Source: Candidatus Binataceae bacterium (GTDB taxonomy: Bacteria; Desulfobacterota; Binatia; Binatales; Binataceae). Taken from it: a stretch of 64,000 nucleotides of DNA. The DNA lies in assembly GCA_963752805.1 (NCBI GenBank), contig CAVWAA010000008.1, forward strand, positions 594 through 64,593. The letters run 5' to 3'. Of the stretch, positions 56,736 through 64,000 are shown in pieces. Position 1 is the stretch's first letter. Each line of letters begins with the position of its first letter. The notes below the pieces were generated by a model. It was not told where the DNA came from, did not search any database, and saw nothing but the letters and a program-made list of their open reading frames with translations. Both the position numbers and the translations under genes were made by a program.

Positions 56736-57327
56736 TCAAAGCGGCCGCGCGCCCGCGTTTTGCCTGGCCCTGAAAAGAGAAGCCAGCTCTCGGCGGGCAA
56801 TCTGGAGTGACTTTCCACCCCGTGCTGAAGGGAGCGGGGAGCCCGTGGCGGTCCTGTTTCTCGCCAATGATACTTCAGCAGTACTCAGCTTGACGTTCGA
56901 ACTGGCGCAACGGCGCGGCATGCGTCCGGCGAACACGTCCAGCAAATTGTCCACTGTGAGTTCAGCCATCCGAAGCCGCGTCGCAAATCTCGCGCTGCCG
57001 ATATGCGGTGTGATGACAACGTTGGATAGCTTGAGCAGTGGATCATCCAAATCGACCGGCTCGGTTTCGGTAACGTCGAGCGCGGCACCCGCAATTCGGC
57101 CTCTCTGGAGACCTGCGGTCAGCGCCGCATGATCGCCGCGCGCGGGTGTTGACGATAATCGCAGTCGATTTCATTGCCGCCGGTTCATGCACCCCGATCA
57201 TGTGACGGGTCGTCTCCGTCAGCGGCACATGAATTGAGATGAAGTCAGATTCGGCCAGTACTCGGCCGAGGTCGGCGCATGCCTTTGCCCTCATGTTGGC
57301 GGTGGCGCGGCGTGCGGATGAGGGCAA
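56736..57327 (-). pseudogene. 5'-truncated, frameshifted remnant of a D-2-hydroxyacid dehydrogenase (glyoxylate/hydroxypyruvate reductase-like)
   Basis: ...VLAESDFISIHVPLTETTRHMIG...STAIIVNT is followed by a frame switch in GGG at 57144-57146. After it comes ARGDHAALTAGLQRGRIAGAALDVTETEPVDLDDPLLKLSNVVITPHIGSA... The whole NAD-binding N-terminal half is missing. An in-frame TGA at 57328-57330 closes the frame upstream. Confidence 0.7.
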
Positions 57328-57422
57328 TCAGTTGGTGCGCGCGGGGCATTGCTCGGTCGTTCCGCTCGCCTCCGGCTTTCCGTATAGTCTGCACTGCCCT
57401 CGCACGTCAGAATGAAAATCAG

Positions 57423-59372
57423 ATGGTGGTGTCCGAAAAATATCTCGGCACGCTCGTCGAATACCTCGACGAAGGGCGGCTGCGGCCCGGGCTCGTGGTC
57501 CGAGAACAGGCCAATCAGGTTGTTACCCTGGACGGCATTGGACGCGAACGCACGCTGTCGCGTGACCTGGTGCTGGTCCATTATCCCGATCGGCGGCCTC
57601 GGCGTGAGATGGTTACTGAAGCCCTGATGCAATTGGAGCAGGAACGAGCGCAGCTTGCGGCGGAACTCGATCTGAACCTGCTGTGGGAAGTTGTTCGCGA
57701 GCATGATCGAAGTTACACGGCCGAAGAAATGGCAGAGCTTTTTTTTGGGCGACGTTCGCAAGTTGCGGTCGCGGTGATGCTGGAGGGCCTAATGGCTGAC
57801 CGGCTTTATTTCGTGCGGCGCCACTTGAATTTCGTCGCACGTAGCGCTGAGCAGGTCGAACGATTACGCACGCAATACGAGCGCATCCGTCTCCGCAGCG
57901 AGAGCGGCCGTCGCCTCAGCAACCTGCTCCATTCCGTCTTGCAAAATCGCGCTATCCCCAGCTCTGAAGAGGCGGCCTCACTAATCACCGAACTAAAGCG
58001 TTATCTCGAAAATCCTTTTACCCGCAGCCGTGACTTGACCATGATGCTCGAAACTGCGGTCAGCGATATCACGCCGGCCGAGGCCGCTTACGAGGTGCTT
58101 GAGCGGCTGGGAGCGGCGCCGCCGGGGCCCCGCTTCGCCATAATCGGCGGCATCCGTAGCACCTTCAGTGAATCAGCATTGGCGGAGGCGGTAACGGCCG
58201 CGCCACCGGCGAGACCGCCTGAAAATGATGCCCAGGCGATTACGATCGATGACGATGAAACAGTCGAAATCGATGACGCTATCTCATGCGAGCTATTGGC
58301 AGATGGTGAAATGTGCCTCCGCATTCATATCGCTCTGGTCGCCGATTTTGTCAGGAGAGGCGGGCCGATGGACCTTGAAGCAGCATCCCGCGGAGCTACT
58401 TTTTACCTGCCTGAAACTACTATTCGGATGCTGCCGGATGCTGTTTCGACCGATCGCGCTAGCCTGATCGCAGGCAGCGAACGGCATGTGTTCACTACTG
58501 AGGCAATACTCTCGGTCTCAGGCGACATACTAAAGTTTTCCATTTACCCGGCCGTCATCCGGGTTAAAGCCCGGCTCAGTTATGACGAAGCTGACCGGCT
58601 GCTCGAGCAGCAAGTAAACGGCGATGTGGATGAGAGAACGTTGATATTGCGTAGGCTTCAGGAGGCCGCGACCAAGCTACGCGCACGCCGCCGCGAGGCT
58701 GGCGCGGTTCTGGTGCAACGGCGGGAGCCGAAAATCCGAGTAACAGACGGCGAGATCGAAGTGAAGCTGGTCGACAACGCGTCGCCTAGCCGTCAGCTCG
58801 TTGCCGAATTCATGGTCTTGAGCAATTATTGCGCAGCCCGTTTTGCCGCGGATCATGCGGTGCCGATCATCTATCGCGCGCAACCTTCCGTGTCTGGCGA
58901 AGGCGGGCAGGTACGCGCTCGCCTTTCACTTTACCCAGAATTCCATGCGGGCGTCGGTTTCGATTGTTATTCGCAACTGAGTTCCCCCATCCGGCGTTAC
59001 ATCGATCTCGCTCTGCAGCGCCAGCTAGTCTCTGCGGTCACTGAACGGCGCGCGACCATTTACGAACCGGATGAACTGCTGGGGCTGCTGGCGGCTGCGG
59101 AGAATGCCGAGACGGAGGGCCGTGAACTTGAACGGCGGGCCAAGCGTTATTGGCTCTTACGTTACTTCCAGCAGCACCTTCGCAACCGCCCGCTGGAGGC
59201 AGTAGTGCAGCGTGGCGGCGCCAGTGCCGAACTCGACGCCTATGCGGTTCGCGGGACGCTGCACGGTGCCCCCAGCCTCCCCACGCACACACGCATCCTC
59301 GTCCGTCTCGCACGTGTGGAACCATTACGCGGCTCTCTCGCTCTGGACTTTCTCAACACCATTGCCGAGTAG
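57423..59372 (+). CDS. RNB-domain 3'-5' exoribonuclease (RNase II/R family)
   Basis: It has ITIDDDETVEIDDAIS, ...FYLPETTIRMLP... and QLSSPIRRYIDLALQRQL. The ATG at 57423 is the first start outside the dehydrogenase remnant. Confidence 0.8.
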   Translation: MVVSEKYLGTLVEYLDEGRLRPGLVVREQANQVVTLDGIGRERTLSRDLVLVHYPDRRPRREMVTEALMQLEQERAQLAAELDLNLLWEVVREHDRSYTAEEMAELFFGRRSQVAVAVMLEGLMADRLYFVRRHLNFVARSAEQVERLRTQYERIRLRSESGRRLSNLLHSVLQNRAIPSSEEAASLITELKRYLENPFTRSRDLTMMLETAVSDITPAEAAYEVLERLGAAPPGPRFAIIGGIRSTFSESALAEAVTAAPPARPPENDAQAITIDDDETVEIDDAISCELLADGEMCLRIHIALVADFVRRGGPMDLEAASRGATFYLPETTIRMLPDAVSTDRASLIAGSERHVFTTEAILSVSGDILKFSIYPAVIRVKARLSYDEADRLLEQQVNGDVDERTLILRRLQEAATKLRARRREAGAVLVQRREPKIRVTDGEIEVKLVDNASPSRQLVAEFMVLSNYCAARFAADHAVPIIYRAQPSVSGEGGQVRARLSLYPEFHAGVGFDCYSQLSSPIRRYIDLALQRQLVSAVTERRATIYEPDELLGLLAAAENAETEGRELERRAKRYWLLRYFQQHLRNRPLEAVVQRGGASAELDAYAVRGTLHGAPSLPTHTRILVRLARVEPLRGSLALDFLNTIAE

Positions 59373-59512
59373 CGTTGAGCGGCACTCCATCGCAATACCA
59401 GCGCCGCACCCTGCGTAACGTCAGCAGAAAAGGGTCAATTCGCGGCTGGTGTGGAACGGGAAAGTCAGGCGGACGCTCCGCCGCACGGACCTATGATTAC
59501 CGCTGCAATGAC

Positions 59513-59713
59513 CTATTGGCGGCCGTCATTTGCAAAACTATCCTGCCCCAGACGCCAGCGGTCGATGGACTCGACGTTGAATCGCCAGTCGCTGCCAACC
59601 TTGAAAGCTGGCAGTTGCCCGCGCTTGAGTTGGCGGTAGACAGTCGACGGATGAACCTTCAGATAATCTGACAACTCCTTTACCGTCATTACCCGACTAT
59701 TATCGACCTTCAT
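59513..59713 (-). CDS. excisionase/MerR-type helix-turn-helix DNA-binding protein
   Basis: It reads MTVKELSDYLKVHPSTVYRQLKRGQLPAFKVGSDWRFNVESIDRW. The start could be 59713 or 59689. Confidence 0.7.
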   Translation of the reverse strand: MKVDNSRVMTVKELSDYLKVHPSTVYRQLKRGQLPAFKVGSDWRFNVESIDRWRLGQDSFANDGRQ

Positions 59714-60298
59714 ACTGCGAACTACCTCCCTAGGGCGGCGAACCACCCAAATGTGGACTGTAGGCAGTTTCAGCAATTAGCATGCCCCGACAGCAAGCTC
59801 ATTGGGACTATGGCGAAGCCGTGGAAAACGCAAGATTTTTTCCAACAAAGAGAAGGCTTAAGTTTCGCACTCTGTCGCGGAATTGGCCGTCAGTTGCGTC
59901 ATTTAGGGTCGCTAAAGAGCCTAGTACATGTTTCAACAATGCATTGCGCTAGTTGCATACCAGGCAAATCGTTGCAGGTCGCCACAACTACCCCATCGCC
60001 ACCTTATTTCGTCAATTTTATCCAGTATCGAGCTGATCCATGAAAGTTGTATTTTTTTCCTTCACAGTATCGCAACTCCAGGAGAAACCTTAACTGACGA
60101 TTTTGCGCCGCCAAATGTGGGGTCTTTAGGCAAAAAAAGTGTCTTGTAGCGCGTCCGCTCGATCCTCTCTTTATCCCTATGACGAAATCAGCTTCGATGT
60201 CTCGCTACTGTGCTCAAGCTATACCTATATACAGGGCGGAAGGCCGTATTGCGCGAGCACGGAATCATCGGGCCCGAGCCATCAACAGATGCGATTCT

Positions 60299-61141
60299 TT
60301 ATAGCTTGCTAATCAGCTCGCGCTCAGTCTGTTGGACGAAATCAAGAATGCCACTTTCGTCGCGTCCGCGATGAAGCAGGATTAATCGGCTGATACCCAG
60401 CTCTGCAAAACGTTTTGCGGCGTCGAGGTCAACCCGTCCGCGCGGCGTAACACTGACCTCAAGATCTTCAAACCGCCTGCCAGCCGCGCTGCAGGCCTGT
60501 TTGAGTCCTTCGACGCACTTTGCAGCGCCGTCAAGGTCGAGAGCGAACCCGAACCATCCCTTCGCCAGCCGGGCGGCGCGGCTGTAGGCCGCTTGAGTAT
60601 GACCGCCGAAGACGATTTCAGGATGTGGTTTCTGCACCGGCCTCGGCATCGCATTGATTCCCTTAAACGAGATGAAGCGACCGTGGTATTCCGGCCTCTC
60701 CATTGACCACAGCGCTATCATCGCGGCGAGAAATTCCTCGGTCCGCGGCCCCTTACGATCAAATGGGGCACCTATCGCGGCAAATTCGGGCTGCAGGTAT
60801 CCGATGCCAATGCCAAAAATCAGGCGCCCGTTCGACAAAACATCGACTGACGCCAATTCCTTGGCCAGCACGACCGGATTGCGTTGCGGCAGGATAATGA
60901 TCCCCGTTCCCAAGCGTACTTGTTTGGTGTGCGCGGCGACGTAAGCAAGCGCTATCGCCGAATCAACAAAAGGTGTGTCAGCCGGCACCGGTGACGGCGG
61001 CATTTGGGGCTCGGGTAGCACGATATGTTCGCCGGTCCACAGACTTTCGAAACCAGCGGTCTCCGCTGCTCGCGCAACCGTCGCCGCAGTTGAAGGGTTG
61101 GCACACGGACCGGTATTGATTCCGAATAATGCGATTTTCAT
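60299..61141 (-). CDS. LLM-class F420-dependent oxidoreductase (third paralogue in the window)
   Basis: It reads MKIALFGINTG...AGFESLWTGEHIVLP...RLIFGIGIGYLQPEF... Confidence 0.8.
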   Translation of the reverse strand: MKIALFGINTGPCANPSTAATVARAAETAGFESLWTGEHIVLPEPQMPPSPVPADTPFVDSAIALAYVAAHTKQVRLGTGIIILPQRNPVVLAKELASVDVLSNGRLIFGIGIGYLQPEFAAIGAPFDRKGPRTEEFLAAMIALWSMERPEYHGRFISFKGINAMPRPVQKPHPEIVFGGHTQAAYSRAARLAKGWFGFALDLDGAAKCVEGLKQACSAAGRRFEDLEVSVTPRGRVDLDAAKRFAELGISRLILLHRGRDESGILDFVQQTERELISKL

Positions 61142-61228
61142 CCGCGATTCTTAACATGAATGCGCTCGAACCGGCCAGCCGCGCTTGCTCAGCGCGGATG
61201 ATAATGGTTGAACCTATCATCGAAGGTT

Positions 61229-61768
61229 ATGCGATGTCCGCAATGTGGCTTCGAGGCGGTTCAAGGGGCAACGTTCTGCTCGCGCTGCGGTACGCGACTG
61301 TTCTCGCCCCGTCCTGCCGACCAACGGGAATATGCGCTCGTCCGCATTCTGCCGTCATGGTGGCATTTTCTGCGTGAAATCGTTCTGGCAGTGGGGCTCG
61401 CATGCGGCGGCTTGTATATTCTGTTCGCGTCACAGGTTGATTTCCGCGTCGGCCTGGCTTTGGTTGCGGTAGCAGTGTTGATCGTCACGCTGGCTACACT
61501 TCACCGCCGTTATACAAGCTGGAGCCTGACATCAGATCGCTTAATTGAACGGCGGGGATTATTGGCGAGCCATCGGCGCGAAATGGAGTTGGCCGACGTT
61601 CGTTCGATCGAAGTCGACCGTTCGCTTTCGCAGCGGTTGCTGGGAATCGGCAACGTGATGATTGCATCCGCCGCGAGCGCCGATTTTATGGTCAAGCTGT
61701 GGGACGTTCCCGACCCCGAGCGCGTCGCCGAGCTGCTCCGGCAGGCCCGGCTCAAGCGCTTGGCGTAA
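61229..61768 (+). CDS. zinc-ribbon + bacterial PH (bPH_2/YdbT-like) domain membrane protein
   Basis: MRCPQCGFEAVQGATFCSRCG is followed by two TMs. The C-terminal part reads YTSWSLTSDRLIERRGLLASHRREMELADVRSIEV. Confidence 0.7.
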   Translation: MRCPQCGFEAVQGATFCSRCGTRLFSPRPADQREYALVRILPSWWHFLREIVLAVGLACGGLYILFASQVDFRVGLALVAVAVLIVTLATLHRRYTSWSLTSDRLIERRGLLASHRREMELADVRSIEVDRSLSQRLLGIGNVMIASAASADFMVKLWDVPDPERVAELLRQARLKRLA

Positions 61769-61828
61769 GTTCTCGGTCCCTGTGGAATAAACTGGAAGGA
61801 ACCGCGGTTCAGGCGTTGCGCTGAATTC

Positions 61829-62498
61829 GTGACGTTGCATAATCCGTTTGTAGGGAACGGGCAACCAGCGGTGGGCAGTCATCCCAATCTGCGTTATGAG
61901 CGTAAGCTGTGGCGTGACGGTTTGCTCGCTATCGCCGGGGTTGGACGAGGCTGGAGTTGGTCCGATGGCCGGACCGGTCGTCGCCGCTACGGTAATCTTC
62001 GAGCCCGAGATGTTCATCAGGGGCGTCAACGACTCCAAACAGCTCAGGCCCGAAGAACGCGAAGAATATTTCACCAAGATTCATCAGCGGGCTTTGGCCA
62101 TCGGTGTCGGCGTTGCCGGTCAGGGCGAGATTGACGAGCTCAATATCTTTTGGGCAACAATGGTCGCGAGCCGGCGGGCAATAGTGTCGTTGTTGCAAAC
62201 ACCCGATCATGTTTTGGTCGACGGCCGTCTTATTCCAGAATTGAAATTGCCACAGACACGAATAGTCGGCGGAGATCGCAAGAGCTTCTGTATTGCCGCG
62301 GCCTCGATCATTGCCAAGGTAACCCGCGACCGGATGATGGTAGAGTACGACGTGCAGTTTCCGGGCTATGGTTTTGCACGGCACAAAGGCTATTGCACAC
62401 CGGAACATTTCGAGGTGCTCGAGCGCCTGGGCCCGTCGCCGCTCCATCGTCGTTCGTTTGCGCCGGTATGGGAAGCGGCACAACGCAAGTTGTTCTGA
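61829..62498 (+). pseudogene. rnhB: ribonuclease HII; one frameshift near the 5' end
   Basis: The frame from the GTG at 61829 reads ...LRYERKLWRDGLLAIAGV. ORF 61896..62498 continues DEAGVGPMAGPVVAATV...DSKQL...SIIAKV...GYGFARHKGY. An extra G at about 61943-61944 (GTT-G-GAC) separates the two. Confidence 0.8.
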
Positions 62499-62779
62499 CG
62501 TGTCCGTAGCTGCCGAATCAATGATCATGTGCTCATTATTTAGTCCCCTGGCGGCGAGGCGCGATTCTCAAACCTTAACCGCGCCGAACATGTCCGGTCT
62601 TCGATAGCATGTAAGATTTGCGTGCCGAAGCGGCACGGCTCTTCATCTGTCAGCGCGTGCATGAGCAGCGGCTGACGCATTGGCCCGAGGCCGGAACCTG
62701 CCTTGCTTACTTGCCTCGGTATTTCAGTTAAAGTTTTAGCTGATACGTGGCGCTATCCGGCGCCGGGGGTTTTGGTTCT

Positions 62780-63787
62780 ATGGCCCTGGAACGTGACAAA
62801 CATATCGCTGAGCGCGCGCTGCTGACGATGGACGAGACTCAACTGCTCGACCTCTATCGCAGTATGCTTTTGATTCGGCGCTTCGAAGAAAAGACCGCTG
62901 AGATGTATGCGCGGGGTAAGATCACCGGGTTTTGCCATCTCTATGCCGGCGAAGAGGCCGTTGCTGTTGGCGCAATTTCCGCACTCTATGACAAGGACTA
63001 CGTGCTCTCGACTTACCGCGAGCATGGCCACTGCCTTGCCAAAGGTGCCTCGCCGCGTGTGGTAATGGCGGAACTGTTTGGTAAAGCCACAGGGATCTCA
63101 CGCGGGCACGGCGGTTCGATGCATCTGTTCGACGCTAACCTGCGTTTTATGGGTGGTTACGCCATCGTCGGTGGCGGATTGCCGCTCGCCGCCGGCCTCG
63201 GTCTATCGGTCATGTACAAGGAAGAGCCCGAGGTGGTGTGTTGCTTTTTTGGCGATGGCGCACTGCCGCAGGGCGCCTTTCATGAAAGCTTGAATCTGAC
63301 TTCCTTGTGGAAGCTGCCTGTGGTGTTCATCTGCGAGAATAACTTTTACGGGATGGGCACGCTCGTGCAGAACGCGATTTGCCAGGAAGAGCTGTACCGT
63401 TTTGCCGAGCCTTACAAAATGCCCGGCGTTCGCGTCGATGGCATGGACGTGCTCGATGTGTACGGAGCCGTCACCGAAGCCGCCGCTCGTGCGCGTGAAG
63501 GCGACGGCCCCTCCCTGATCGAAGCTGTCACTTACCGCTTCCGCGGCCATTCGATGTCGGACCCGGCCGAATATCGTTCGCGGCGTGAAGAGCGTATCTG
63601 GCAGGAGCGCGACCCGATTAAAGCGTTACACCGCAAAATCCTGCATGATCGTCGGGCAACCGAGGCCCGGCTCGACGAGATTGACGCTGAAGTCGCCGCC
63701 GCAATTGAAGACGCGGTGAAATTCGCCGAGGAGAGTCCGGAGCCAGGTCTCGACCAACTTGGCAAACATGTTTACGCCGACGAATGA
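62780..63787 (+). CDS. pdhA: pyruvate dehydrogenase E1 component, alpha subunit
   Basis: It reads LLDLYRSMLLIRRFEEKTAEMYARGKITGFCHLYAGEEAVAVG...YREHGH...GDGALPQGAFHESLN...YRFRGHSMSDP. Confidence 0.9.
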   Translation: MALERDKHIAERALLTMDETQLLDLYRSMLLIRRFEEKTAEMYARGKITGFCHLYAGEEAVAVGAISALYDKDYVLSTYREHGHCLAKGASPRVVMAELFGKATGISRGHGGSMHLFDANLRFMGGYAIVGGGLPLAAGLGLSVMYKEEPEVVCCFFGDGALPQGAFHESLNLTSLWKLPVVFICENNFYGMGTLVQNAICQEELYRFAEPYKMPGVRVDGMDVLDVYGAVTEAAARAREGDGPSLIEAVTYRFRGHSMSDPAEYRSRREERIWQERDPIKALHRKILHDRRATEARLDEIDAEVAAAIEDAVKFAEESPEPGLDQLGKHVYADE

Positions 63788-63848
63788 TGAAAGATCGACG
63801 TGAAAACGGTTTCTAGCGGGACCGGGCTCAGGCAGGAGGCACGGGCGG

Positions 63849-64000
63849 ATGGCCCAAATTACCTATCGTGAGGCTCTGAACCAGGCGCTCCGCGAGGAAC
63901 TGGAACGGGACGAGCGCGTGTTCATCATGGGCGAGGAGGTCGGCTACTTCGGTGGCGCGTTTAAAGTGACCGATGGCCTGCTCGCCGTATTTGGCGAAAA
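63849..64000 (+). CDS. pdhB: pyruvate dehydrogenase E1 component, beta subunit (5' end only; runs off the window)
   Basis: My translation from the ATG at 63849 is [50 protein letters not shown]. Confidence 0.85.
   Translation, partial: MAQITYREALNQALREELERDERVFIMGEEVGYFGGAFKVTDGLLAVFGE

Noticed and set aside
1-64000. tRNA, rRNA, tmRNA, RNase P or SRP RNA genes; transposases or integrases
   Set aside because: I scanned intergenic regions by eye for T-arm (GGTTCGAATCC-like) boxes and long structured GC-rich blocks, and found none. No ORF shows DDE transposase or tyrosine/serine recombinase motifs. A tRNAscan/Infernal run would be decisive.

Overview
This is 64 kb of a visibly GC-rich chromosome from a diderm (Gram-negative-type) bacterium. 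By eye I found no rRNA, tRNA, CRISPR array, transposase or integrase. Most genes are housekeeping or metabolic: cca, nadD-rsfS, gloB, fabI, a family-B DNA polymerase, rpoD, thpR-recA, rnhB, pdhA/pdhB, an RNase II/R-type exoribonuclease, three luciferase-like (F420-type) oxidoreductases, an ABC importer, a ClC channel and two c-type cytochromes.

Four parts look accessory:
- A ~37.2-44.1 kb segment is bracketed by two divergent, inverted ArsR-SRPBCC-DUF899 modules. It holds a tightly packed, visibly more AT-rich operon: GT4 glycosyltransferase, then a membrane-anchored class-III aminotransferase fused to an Mpo1/DUF962-like domain, then a PEMT-family methyltransferase. I read this as a candidate undescribed membrane-lipid head-group pathway, and it is my best candidate for a novel system.
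- The same segment has a cytoplasmic BNR/Asp-box propeller translationally coupled to a MoaD/ThiS-like protein with a GG+3 tail.
- An AT-richer islet at 16.1-17.5 kb encodes a zinc-ribbon protein plus a two-domain Mrr-type nuclease, a candidate type IV restriction or defence module.
- An ArsS-like radical SAM gene is followed by two tandem HPP membrane genes.

The window also carries at least 13 single-base frame breaks or nonsense changes. They are concentrated in about 10 mostly accessory loci, while all long housekeeping genes are intact. One locus is an in-frame SRPBCC::DUF899 chimera and another is a 5'-truncated dehydrogenase remnant.

Other oddities are an OmpA-type lipoprotein with 25 consecutive prolines, several intergenic repeat arrays, and promoter/operator palindromes at both arsR genes. 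All family assignments come from reading the translations; nothing was searched against a database.
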